This document shows, in pieces, positions 25,226 through 37,250 of a stretch of 64,000 nt of DNA. How positions within the stretch are numbered: the stretch's first letter is position 1; each line of letters begins with the position of its first letter. This stretch comes from Lama glama (Eukaryota), in NCBI GenBank assembly GCA_028534125.1, contig CM052818.1, positions 14,262,001-14,326,000 on the forward strand. The letters run 5' to 3'. The position numbers and the translations under genes were made by a program. Under the pieces are notes generated by a model. It saw nothing but the letters and a program-made list of their open reading frames with translations, made no database searches and was not told where the DNA came from.

Positions 25226-26149
25226 GACCAGGCTCTGTGCAGACGTGGCTGCAGGGGTTCCCAGTGAGAGACAGACAAGCAGACATCTGAAAGGAAACCC
25301 AGCTTCCGGAGGAGCTGTGGTCTGGCAGCTGGGGAGATGGATGAAGGAAGGCCAGGCGTGATACTGCAGCCCAAGGCAGGCAGGGAGGGCTGAGGAAGAA
25401 TAACCCATGTCTCACAAGGCCCTGGGCACAGGTGAGGCTCAGGAGCAAGGCCCTGATACTAGGAAAGGAACTAATAACACCATGACAAAGCCTCAGTTCT
25501 CCAGAGACCCTGGGAGGCCTTAGGGGAACTTAAAATTGCGGTGCACAGTAGCGACCTCAATTCTCATGCACGGTAGTGGGGAACAGTGCACAAGGCAGGG
25601 GGTTCAAGGAGCCCGGGAATGGGCTAGAACCATCTCCATCAGAGCTGTCTCAGGCGCTAAGCCAGAACAGTCTGCAGGGAGAGGGTGCGATGCACTTAGG
25701 CTTGGGCTATGACACGGGTATTGCAGAGGCAGGAAAAGAAGGGCTGACAGGAACTCACAGAAGGACGGTGTCTAGATTATTGACTGAAGCTAAAGTTAAC
25801 TCAATTTTGAAGTGCATGCAAGATATTCTTTTAAATTTAAATCTAAATATTAATGTTAATAGCAAAGATTAATCATTACACTGATTCACATAGAATTTTT
25901 ATTACATACAAAGTCTAATATTGGGCCAAGTTTCTTACTCACTGCGTTTCTCCAAAAACTGTACTGTCTTTAATGATTCCATTTGCAGAAAAAGAAAACA
26001 TGTAGGAGTCCCACATAATTATCAAACAAATTTCTCACTCACTTGGGTTTTATCTGAATTGTTAATTTAAGTGGGGGAGCCTACTTTTTTCTTAGCAAAG
26101 CAGTGGGGGGCAGAGAGTAGATAGTATCCCTTAAAGCATGAATGGGCAA

Positions 26150-27838
26150 ACCTATCTGAAGTCAAAAACTCTCAAAAATATCAAGTCATGGCAAGCACAA
26201 AAAATTGAAAATATTGGAAGACATTACCCTTAAAATGACTTCTGCAAATTATAACAAAAATAAATAGGAAGGCAGAAACAAAGAGCAGAAATCAATGAAA
26301 TAGAAAATTGAAAAACGATACAGAAAATAAACAGGGCCAAATTTGGTTCTTTGAAAAGATTATTAAAAATGATAAACCACCAGAAATACTGATTTAACAG
26401 AAAGAGAGAGAGAAATCTGGATAGCCCTATATGTACTAAATAGAATTTATAATCAAAAACTTCCCCACAAAGAAAACTCTAAGCCCAGATGGTTTTGTTG
26501 GTAAACTGTAATCAGCATTAACCAGTTCAATGCAATCTCAGTCAAAAATTCCAACAGGCTATTTTATAGAAGTGACAAGCTGATTCAAACTTTCATATGG
26601 AAATGTAAAGATCCTAGAATAGCTGAAATAAACGTTAGATAATGCCAGTCTCACACAGGCTCTTGTGGAAAATAGAGGAGGAGATGCTGCCCAACCTGTT
26701 TTATGAGGCCAGCACAGCTGACACCAAAACTTGATAAGCATAATCTAAGAAAATAAAATTATAAACTATCATCCCTTATGAATATAGATACAAAAATTCA
26801 CTAACAAAAATTAGCAAATTGATTCCAGAAATGTACAACCCAGTAGAGTTTGTCTCAAACATGCAAGATTGATTTAATAGTTATAAATCAATGTAAATCT
26901 CCTTGTTAACACAATAAAGCAAAAACAAACAAACAAAAAAATACAATCATCCCAAGAGATGCAAAAAAAGGATTTAACAAAATGTAACACCCATTCATGA
27001 TAAAAACTCTCAGCAAGTTAAGACTAGAATGGAAATCCCCAACTTGATAAGAGCAACTATGAAACACCTGTAGGTAAAATATTTAGCATTGAAATACCAA
27101 ATGCACTCCTTTAAGATAAAGAACAAGGGGTAAGGACACCAGTTTCATCACTTCTATTCATTATTAGACTGGATGTCCTAATAGTGAAATATGCAAGAAT
27201 AAAGAAAGAAAAAGCATAAAAATTGAAAAAGAAGTAAAACTGTCTCCATTCACATAAGATATTTTTATTTATGTAGAAAATTCTAAGAAATCCATTTTAA
27301 AAACCTTTGAGAAATAACAAGTATAGCAAGGTTGCAAGATAGAAGACAATGTACAAAAATCAATTGAGTTTTTATATGCTGGTAGCAAACAACTGGGAAA
27401 AATTTAAATACCACTTATAATAGCATCAAAAATATAGAGTACTTGGGAATAAATTTAACAAAAGATGTGCAGTTCCTTTACACTAAAAAACTACAAAATA
27501 TTACAGAGAAAAACTAAAGAAGATTTAAATAAATGAAGAGCTACATTATGTTCATGGATAGGAAAATTCAATATTGTTAAGATTACAACTCGCCCAGAAC
27601 TGATCAATTTACTGCAATTCTAATCAAAATTCCAACAGGCTTTTTGATAGAAATTGACAAGTTGATTCAAACCTTTAGATGAAAGTGCAAACATCCTAGG
27701 ACAGCCATAACAATCTTGAAAAACAACAAATTTAGGGGACTCACACTGTTGACTTCAAGATTTACTATAAAGCTACAGTAACTAAGAAAATGTGGTATTG
27801 GCATAAGGATAGAAAAATGTATCAATGAAACAAAATTC
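26150..27838 (+). mobile_element. L1M ORF2 (RT region) relic
   Basis: ttggttctttgaaaagatt, ttttatgaggccagc, cccattcatgataaaaactctcagcaa, tgttcatggataggaaaattcaatattgttaagat, tactataaagctacagta; many stops and frameshifts. Confidence 0.9.
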
Positions 27839-28260
27839 CAGAGAAGCTGAGTAACCTGCCCAAGATCACAGAGCGTGTAGCAGAGATGGGGTTTGTACTC
27901 CAGCAGTCAGGTTCTAAAGCTTGTGCTCATAACCACTATACAGACCGCCTCTCCACCACGCAGTCTCACTAAACACCGTTGCTTCCCATAGATCCCTTCA
28001 TGTCAACAACAGTCTAGAAAATTATGATGTTAGTAATAATAATAGCCAACATTTGTTGAGACCTACTACATACCAGGCATTGTGTTAAACAATTTATTTA
28101 TATTAAACCCTCACAACGGTCAAAATAGAACAGCTGTTACCCTAATTTTACAGATGAGAAAACTGAGGCTGAAAGAAGAAGTGACCCGTCCAAGTCACAC
28201 AATGTATCAATAGCAGGGTTGGGATTTGAACCCACCACACTTACTTGATTCCAGAACCAA
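27839..28260 (-). mobile_element. Two MIR SINEs
   Basis: taacctgcccaagatcacagagc; attttacagatgagaaaactgaggct...ccaagtcacac...gggatttgaaccc. Confidence 0.85.
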
Positions 28261-28784
28261 CTGTAATAAGCTGTTTGGTAGATGAACCAAGCCATAGGAA
28301 ACCAAATAATCACAAAAATGTGGAAAGTATTTGCAACTTTCCAAGTTCTTTTCACATATACATATGCAAATAAATTATTCATGATGAGAATGTGTTTATA
28401 GTTGCCTTTATTTTTTATATTCTTATTTTCAATACCTTTGATGTATTACTGTAAAGATCAGTGTATGTTTCGTTTTAAAATGACAGAAAGATCTTAAAGC
28501 ATTAACCCCAATAAGTATGGATAAGCAACTTATCAAAACAAGGATTTTAAAACCCCGAAGGCGCTTTTACTAGGGCCTGGTCACTCTCAGTGAGTCAACA
28601 GCATCTCACCTGAACTACTCTCAAGTTAAGTAAAGCACTGTCAATTTCATTGACATTAATTGCTCTAAGCCAGTGTTGCTCAAACTTTCAAAATGAGACC
28701 TTCAATGAAGTGCCAATGGGGACTATTAAAATTTACTTCACTGGCCACTAATGGGTTTCAACCACCAGCTTGAAAAACACTCCC

Positions 28785-29410
28785 TTGAAAAGAATTTGAT
28801 CTTGTCCAAAGAGAAGGTCAAGTCTTTACTCTGCTTCTGGGGGTGATCTCTGGACCCTTGGAATGTCATGCCTGGTAAAAAGGCTTTGTTTCCCTGGGGA
28901 CTTTGGATCACGCAGAGTCTAACAAATTGACTTAAGGTGGGGGTTGGCCATGCTGGAGAGACCAACAATGTGGCTTTAGGTCACACAGTATCAGTCCATC
29001 TGGAGGCTGAGATCAAACACATGGGCAATCAATCAATCATGGGGCCCCAGTAAAGACTAACACTAAAGCCTCGGTGAGCCTCCCTGGCTTGCGACACTGC
29101 GTGTATCATCACATGTCAACACCAGGAGACTAACATGTCCTGACTCCACAAAGAGGTCAATGAAAGCTCTGCATTTAGAACTTTCCTGGACTCTGTTCTA
29201 TGTGTCTCTTCCTTCGGCTAATCTCAATCTGTATCCTTGTCTTCTAATAAACAGTAACTATGAGTGTAACAGCTTTCAGTGAGTCCTGTGAGTCTTTCTA
29301 GCCAATCACCAAACTGAGCATGGTTTTGGGAACCCCCAAACTTGCAGCTGATGTCAGAGGCAAGGGTAGCCTTGTGTGGTGACTGTCCCCTGACTGTACG
29401 GTTGCACCTA
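28785..29410 (+). mobile_element. ERVL solo LTR, MER21/MER68/MER77 group
   Basis: gaatttgatcttgtccaaagagaagg...ggtgagcctccctgg...aataaacagtaactatgagtgtaacagctttcagtgagtcctgtgagtctttctagc...ttgggaacccccaaacttgcag. Confidence 0.8.
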
Positions 29411-29927
29411 AAATGCCATGCCCTGCCCAAGACATCATGTTTGATGAGATAATTAGACGTGAACATGACCCAAAATCCTGGAGGCAGTCACTAAGACACT
29501 TCAGAACATCGACCATGAGGTTGTAAAACAACTCCCAAGAAAATTCTAAATCACTAACTGATTTCCTGAAAACTTAAAAGTCTCAATTATGTTCTCATTA
29601 AATAAAGAAGGCACCCAAACCTACTATCAAGTTGTGTAAAGTGATGCACAAATATAGATTTTTAAATGATTCATAAAAAGATGTTTTCAAAAATGGGGAA
29701 CTCAGATAAATACCACTATTTTTCAGAAAGTCAACTGCAGTACAAATGTAGGCTATTAACTCAAAATCTAAATCTCGCTGTTTTCTACCCGCCCCAAATC
29801 TAGGAGGTCCTTATTTTACATAGGTGTTACTAATTTTCTACTAAAAATTTTCTAGAAATTTTCCTCCAAAATTTGTCCCCCAAATGGCCATTTAATGAGT
29901 TACTTCTAAGAATCATCAAGTAGGAGT

Positions 29928-29957
29928 ATGTGTGTATGTGTGTGTGTGTGTGTGTGT
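29928..29957. repeat. (TG)n microsatellite, imperfect
   Basis: atgtgtgtatgtgtgtgtgtgtgtgtgtgt. Confidence 0.9.
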
Positions 29958-30000
29958 ACACGTACATATATATATTTAGATCCTCCTTAACATATATTGA

Positions 30001-30324
30001 TGCTGTGGTCTGACTGTGCCCCCCCAGTGGTGATGGCATTAGAAGGCAGGGTCTTTGGAGGGCATGAGGGCAGCACCTTCATGAACGGGATTAGCACTCT
30101 TAGAAAAGGGACCCAAGAGAGCTCCCTTTTCCCTTCTGCCATGTGAGGACACAGCGAGAAGTCGGCAGTCTACAAGTCCAAAGTGAGCCCTTACCAGACA
30201 CTGAATCTGCTGGCACCTTGATCTTGGATGTCCCAGCCTGCAGAACTGTGACAAATAAGTTTCTGTTGTTTACAAGCCACTCTGTCTATGGTATTCTCGT
30301 CTAGCCGCCTGAACAGACTAAGAC
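30001..30324 (+). mobile_element. MLT1A-type MaLR solo LTR
   Basis: tgctgtggtctga...gccatgtgaggacacagcgagaag...gctggcaccttgatcttgga...cagaactgtgacaaataagtttctgttgttta...gactaagac. Confidence 0.9.
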
Positions 30325-30514
30325 TATATATATGTACATGGTCCTGATGGTTTAATTTGTCTGCTTAAATGTGTGTGGGTGTGTATGCAAAGCAGAGAAA
30401 TTAAGATATGACAATTCATATTCCTAAAGGTAAAGAGGCTTAGAGAGATGTTTCCATACCACAGCTTACTAAATCTCCCTTCTTTGAATTCCTATGGTTG
30501 TTCCTGGTCTACAC

Positions 30515-30685
30515 CAGCCCCTTGCTACTCTAAGTGTGGTCCTCAGACCAGCACCTTTCACAACAGGTGAGGCTTATTACACATACATGCAGAGCCTCAG
30601 GCCCCACCTCAGACCTACAAGATCAGAATTTATCTTTTAAAAAGAATCTCCCAGTGACTTGAGCTTCAAGGGGAGAAGCATTTCA
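30515..30685. mobile_element. MER5A-like MITE
   Basis: gctactctaagtgtggtcctcagaccagca...ctcaggccccacctcagacctac...atcagaatt. Confidence 0.75.
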
Positions 30686-32959
30686 GAGAGAGGAACGCTG
30701 GTCTGAATCCCTTACTCCTGCATTTAATCCTGTATGGCCTAGCGATGCTCTAAAATGGTTCACTGCACACATTCACTTCATGTCACCACAACAGAACTGA
30801 AATTTTCTTCTAAGTAAGACCTGTGTTAATCCCCCCAAACTTTACTGATATGTACCCTAGTAAGCTTAAATTCCTGTTACTCTCAGGCCTTTGGTTGCTG
30901 AGCCAGTGATAGCCACTTAAATGTGTGCGTGTGTGTGTGCGCTAGCGCACGCACGCACGCGCACATGCACATGCTTAATATATTCAATTTTCATTATAAA
31001 AGGATTAAGGCTTCCTTTAAAACAGCAGACTCTCCAAGCATATTTAAAATAGGATTCAATTTTAAAAATCCACCAAAACCATAACGAAACCCTCAATTTA
31101 CTTAATGCTCTTCAAAAAGGCACAAATTACATCAATGTGAACTCTATCTTGAGTGGGAATGTTTCATTTCTCCTTTAAGAAATAGATTCTCAAAAGAAAT
31201 AGGTCATTTAGCCTCTCTGTGCTCCTATTGTGTTATTCTGGGTGCAATAAGTAAAGACTGAAGAGAATAGGGAAATTCAGGAGGAGATATTCTATCTCTC
31301 ATCAGTCATTTTTAGAATCCATTAAGCAGACTGATTCTCAAGGGGATTTCTTCTGGTTAAAATTAGATACAGATATATAGACACAGAGATGCCATATATA
31401 GAGTGATACCCTAGAGGTTTTAGTTATACACTGGATGAGTTTTGTATCATACTTGCATTTTCTTTTTTTAGAATCTTCTGAAATCTTTATCTCCTTAAAC
31501 TTTTTCTCCCACAGAAAGATTGTATTTTCATTTATTTATATAATTTTACCTAGTACCCAATGTTTTCAAATAAATTTGGATAAGAAGAACATCTCATATA
31601 GACTTTGGAGCTGGCTTTTTAGGGCTAATATTTGTAACCTGCTGATAAGCATATCCATGAAATAGAAATTACGCAGATTCCACAGAAGCAGCTTCTTCCG
31701 AAGCCAAATGAGTAATATCTGCCTTAAACGCTGAAGCTGTACCTCCCTAACGTGCTGCTTTGCGTGTCATCGCTGTTTTCTTCAGGGGTCAGGGATGGCT
31801 TCATCAGTCATCAAGCACTGAATATAGGGGAGCCCCATCTTCTACAAGGGGTTGGATTCTACAGTTTGCTTATAGTTGTGGTCCCTCCCACCACCGGGGA
31901 CAATGCAGTGCACATGGTTTTTGCACCTATGACTCTGTACAGTATTGAGACACACTGAGGAAACTAGACAGTCCTGCAGGGCACAAACTCCTTGCAAAGG
32001 GTGGCAAGAGGCCCAGCCATGCTGTTTAAGTCGTTCCCTCTCCCCACCCCCATCCTCTCTGTCTCCAGGATACACGAGGGTAATGTGTGTTTGATCACAC
32101 TCACTACACTAATTTTATATCCACAAGGAGCCTACAATCTAGTTGAAGAAGGAAAACTAACCTAGAGAAATTGTTGCCAAACAGTAGGATGGCATGGTAA
32201 AACCCTAGGGTAAAGGCTATAAATGAGAAAGGAGTTTAAAGAAGAGTAGGTCAGTGGGAGCTGCTGTGGTCAAAGAAGAATTAACAAGTGAGTCAGCATC
32301 CTGAACTGTTTAGTTGTTGTCATAAAGTCGGGGCCTATCCTGGCACCAGAACCTATGGATTCTGCAAATTCATGTCCAGTGACCCTCCTTCAGGCCTTTA
32401 TTAACATGATAAATATGACATTTGTCATGTAAGAATGCTTAGGACCTTCTTATTATTAAAGTTAATCCCTGAGCTTGTTAAACATTTATAGATGACCGAG
32501 ACTTTACTCCTTGTAAAGGAAAAAGAAGCTATTGGACCACTGAGAAGCTTTTATGGGGAAAACGTTAGGCAGACAGGATCCTTTGTGGGGCCTTGGACCA
32601 GTTAGTTTAAGGAACCCAGCGGGCTTGTAGAGGGAGGGGTCTGAATTAAGGCAAACTAAGTAGACTCTGCCCTACCTACCATCGCCCTCAACCCCAAACA
32701 CATACTCCCAGATAGATGTTTCTGCCAGAGAAGAAGGCTGAGGACTGATGTTTTAATAATGAAATCACATGATCAGCAAGTGGTCAAATTAAGACTTCTG
32801 CTATGAAAAATTAGTATAATATAGGATAAGGATATGCAGGGACAGAGAAAGGGGTGATGAATAGGACTCTATGATGCTCCACTGGCGTCTTTAAGTATTT
32901 AAAGGATCTAGACGTTGTGACAAGTGTCTGAGTGAAGATGAATGGGCAGGATGTGTTAT

Positions 32960-33200
32960 GGAAATGGCACAGTCTGGAAGCAGAGAGGCCTCAGCTGAAA
33001 TCCCAGCTCCCCCACCGTGCGAGCAAGCTGCAGGGCCAGCTAGGTAATCCATCCCAGCCATTCTGTTTCTTTTTCTGTGAAATGCGTGTACCAGCAGGAC
33101 TTACTTTCTAGGGATGTGAGCTGTGTATGAGATGGTGTATGAAATCTGCTTAGTGCACTGCCGGGAAAGGGAAAAACGCTCAGCCAGGGTCAGCTTTTGT
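32960..33200 (+). mobile_element. MIR SINE
   Basis: tctggaagcagagaggcc...aaatcccagctcc...tttcttttctgtgaaatg...gcttagtgcactgcc. Confidence 0.65.
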
Positions 33201-33299
33201 CACGTTTACTGGACCTGGCAAGTCAAGAGAGCCGACCAAAGAGCCATTTGAGGGAAACCAGTGATAAGGATGGCTCCATCATCTGTTAAGTAAAGACTT

Positions 33300-33651
33300 T
33301 TTCTCAGTGGAGAGGGAACTATGTCCTAAGAGTCTATTGAGGGGGCAGAGGAGGCAAGAGAACCAACCTAGGCTGGAGTTTCAGCCATCACGCCTGTATT
33401 CCAGGCAGCAAGAGCAGGGGAGACACAGAGGTCCCACTGGTCCCACCAGCGTAACAGAGCCAGCCTCCACCCCATGAGTGCCATCCTGGGAGTCCATGCT
33501 ACCCTTATGTAGTCACCTAGCCTCATCTGACTCCAGTGAAGGCTGGGAAATGTCATGCTGGGGGGAAATACTGATTCTCTTAAAAAATTGAGGTTCTATT
33601 GCTAAGGAAGGGGCGAATAGATATTTGTAGACAACCAGTAGTCTTTTCCAC
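33300..33651. mobile_element. MLT1 (J/K-type) LTR relic
   Basis: cagccatcacgcctgtattccaggcagc...aaggctgggaaatgt...ttctattgctaaggaaggggcgaatagatatt. Confidence 0.6.
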
Positions 33652-33826
33652 AGTCCTTGAAATGATAGCTGCCTGTGTTGGGTGTGTGTGAGGAAGTTCA
33701 ACAGGATTTAGTTGTCACAGTTATCATATATTCTTTGAATTATACAGAAAAATGAAATATACATAGATTTGCTTTTATAATGTAACTGTTCCCTGAAATG
33801 AAGAGCATCAAAAGTAGATTTTATTA

Positions 33827-34606
33827 AATAACAAGAGTTGGTGAGGATATGGAGAAAAGGGAACCCTTGTGCACTGTTGGGAATGTAAATTGTGATGCAG
33901 CCACTATGGAAAATAGTTTGGAGGTTCCTCAAAAAGTTAAAAATAGAACTATCCTACAATCCAGCAATTCCAATTCTGAGTATTATCCAAAGAAAATGAA
34001 AACACTAATTCAAAAAAATATATGCAGGCCTATGTTCACTGCAACATTATTTACAATAGCTAAGATATGGAAGCAACCTAAGTGCCTATCAGTAGGTAAA
34101 TGAAGATGTGATACACATATACAATGGAAAATTACTCAGCCATAAAAAGTGAAATCTTGCCATTTGCAACAACATGGATAGATCTATTTCACTGTGCTAA
34201 GTGAAATAAGTCAGGCAGAGAAAGACAAAGGTAGTATGATTTCACTTATACATGGAATCTAAAAGACAAAACAAATGAACAAACAAAACAAAACAAGCAG
34301 ACTCATAGATACAGAGAAAAACTGATGGTGGCTAGAGAAGAGATGGTTTGGGGTGAGGCATAGGTGAAAGAGATTAAGAGGTACAAGCTACCAGTTATAA
34401 AATAAATAAGTCATGGCTATACAATGTACAACATAGGGAATATAGACAATAATATTATAATAATTTTGTATGGTGACAGATGGTAATTAGATTTATCTTG
34501 ATGACCATTTTGAAACGTATATAAATATTGAATCACTGTGACATACACCTGAAATTAATATATTTTACACCAATTATATTTTAATTTAAATAAATAAATA
34601 AATTTT
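33827..34606 (+). mobile_element. 5'-truncated L1 (L1MA-like) with TSD
   Basis: ORF2 C-terminus (ttggtgaggatatggagaaaagggaacccttgtgcactgttgggaatg), 3'UTR and (taaa)n tail; TSD aagtagattttatta 33812-33826 / aagtagtttttatta 34607-34621. Confidence 0.92.
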
Positions 34607-35099
34607 AAGTAGTTTTTATTATATGTTGGGACCAAAAATCAATTCATAAATATTTACCTTGTACCTTATCAGGAAAACAAAGTTACTTATTTTATGATTT
34701 GATTCTCCTCTGCTTTCCTGTCCCTCAATGTTGAAAGATTAAAAAATTTTAAACTAACATATCAAAAAACCCAGACAATATACTTTAAAAGTTGTTTGTA
34801 TCTTGAATGATTTTCTCTCCTGTTTACAACTCCTATATTTTTTCAATTGTCTTTAAAAAAAAATAAAAGACTGTTTCCCATAATCTTTGTGTACTAATAA
34901 CATCTTATAAAAAATCCAAATTTTAATCTCCTTAAGTAAAGTAGAAGTTCCTTGTGAATAATGTCTTATACTTCTGTAAACATCTATATTTCTATTTTAT
35001 CCCAAAGTGCCCAGTGGAGTATTAGGTATATAAAATACTTCAATAAATATTTGAAATATTCTTTTCTTTACAGATACTTCATTGAATAGGAATTTTTTT

Positions 35100-35400
35100 C
35101 ATTTTTAAAAAAATTGAGCTATACTTTATATAAAGGAAAATTCACCCTTTGTAGTGAACAGTGCCATGAGTTTTGATAGACACCTGGGGTCATGTAACCA
35201 CCACCACTGCAATCAAGATACGTTAAGAGCTCTATCACCCTCCCCCCAGTTCTGTCTGTGCCCCTTTTTAGTCAACCCTCCCCTTGTATCTGGCAATTAC
35301 AAACATAGCTGCTATAAACACTGCTGTATAGGTTCCTGGGTGAACATAAGTTTTAACCTCTCTTGAGTAAATATCCAGAAGTAGTATTGCTGGGTCACCA
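35100..35400 (-). mobile_element. L1MB 3' end fragments
   Basis: aaaattcacccttt...atgagttttgataga...catgtaaccaccaccactgcaatcaagata; gctgctataaacac...ttgagtaaatatccagaagt. Confidence 0.75.
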
Positions 35401-36118
35401 GATACTTATTCAAAGCCCTAAATCAAGAATTAGCTTAGATATCAAGCTTTTATTAAGCATTTTGACAGTCATCCCCAAAGATCTGCATAATAAGCTACTA
35501 AAAAGAGAAACTGGCACCAATACTTTAAGAGCTAGCCCAAGGGACATTAATAAAGTAGGCTAGAAGTAAAGGGACGAAATGTATCAAGATCCATTTCTCA
35601 TTGTGCCCAACACAACAGAAATCAGAGGAAATATTAGATGCTGAAAAGCAATAAGGAAATACGTTGTTTTAAGATTAATGTATTCCCACTGGTGCTGTAA
35701 TTTATACTTCTCTCTATTACTCCTCCTACAAATCACATTTCTGAATTTAAAAAAGATTCTCGAAGAGAGCAGGGATGAGGTCGTGGTGCATGCTGATGAT
35801 GCTGGCTTATGTGGAAGCTTCCAAAGAAGAGCTCGCCATAATAAATGCTTCAATAAACCTCAAAGAAATGTTGGATTTTCTGAGTCAAACAATATCAAGA
35901 CATATCACTCCTTCATAGCATCAGAACAAAAAGGAAACTCAAATATAATCTCATCCCACTTTCCCAGTTCACCAATTAGAAGAAAACCAACACCAGACAG
36001 GACAAATCACTTGCCCAAGGGCAAAGCTACTTCCTGGTAGAGTCCAGGTCTGGGCTTCACAAGGGGAAAGCAAATAGAGGAGAGGACAGTATGGAACTTC
36101 CAACATAATCCTGTTACA

Positions 36119-36596
36119 TGAGGGCGAGCAGAATATGCCACCCCATAATATGCCATTATAGCATATGGATTATTTTAAATTAGTTACTTAAGAAACAGCC
36201 AGAGTACTATGACCCTCCTTTGTCCTCCTGAAAGCAGGAAATAAATTTCCCATGTGACGGGCACCCTCCCTGTACCTGTCAAGGAGGCATCCTTATAGCC
36301 AAGGATAGGGCATTCAGGGTCAAAAAGGCTGTATAAACAAATCATGTTACTTCTTCGTTAATTAGCTACCCCAAGCCCAAACCCCTTTTTTTGTCAATTC
36401 TTCATAAATTTATTATTTCTTTGTCTAAAGGAATAAAACTGCCTGCTTTGGTCAATTCTTTGAGTCTCACACTTCTACAAGCTTTTATATGTACAAATTA
36501 AAATTTTTCTCCTGTTAATCTGTTCTCCATCAATTTAATCATTAGACCAGCCAAAGAACCTAGAGGAGAATAAGGGAGAAGTTTTCCTTCCCTACA
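36119..36596 (+). mobile_element. ERV1 solo LTR, MER34 family
   Basis: TG...CA termini; cagaatatgccaccccataatatgcc...gattatttt start and tttctcctgttaatctg...ccagccaaagaacctaga...ttttccttccctaca end; flanks TACA / TATG. Confidence 0.85.
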
Positions 36597-37104
36597 TATG
36601 TAAACATTCAATTTTCAATGACTCTAGCACACAGACCAGCATCACAGATAATAATGTTTACTGAGGGACATAAATAGAAAGGAACAAAAGGAGTAGCTAT
36701 GTGACATTTTGTTTGCTTAAGGTAAATATTTTATCACAGGACCTCAGCAATTCTTCCTTCTAATTATAGAATTGCACTGACTGGAACTGGAAGTGGGGGA
36801 AAAAATCAATCAGCTGCAGGATTTATATTGTTATAGAACTCAATCAGTGATGAATAATCTTGTATCACAGGTACAAAATGGGGGAATACTGCTGGATTTC
36901 TTTTAATTTTGAAGTTGAATAGATTTCAGTTAAAAAAAAAAAACAAAAAAACTAGGACTCATTCTCATCTTGGCAAACCACCAATGAAATCCCTAACTGG
37001 ACAGAATGTGGGCACCTCCCTGATAAACTGTCTTGAAAGGAAATGAGAAAAAGACCCTCTTGAATGAGCATGCAGTGAGACTACAGCTGTGACTATCAAA
37101 GCGC

Positions 37105-37250
37105 TAAACCCATGACTCAGGATTCATGAGGGCTCGCTCCACCATCACGACCTAATCACCTCCCAAAGGTCCCATCTCCTAGTACCAAACCAGTGGAGGA
37201 GGTCTCAACATTTGGATTTGCAGGAGAAATGAACATTCAGTCTATAGCGC
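37105..37250 (-). mobile_element. MLT1A/MST LTR fragment
   Basis: cacgacctaatcacctcccaaaggtcccatctcct...aacattcagtctatagc. Confidence 0.75.

Noticed and set aside
33849..34103. 84-aa ORF
   Set aside because: Frameshifted L1 ORF2 remnant.
35678..36040. 120-aa ORF with hydrophobic N-terminus
   Set aside because: Antisense intronic, no promoter or homology evidence; probably a chance ORF.
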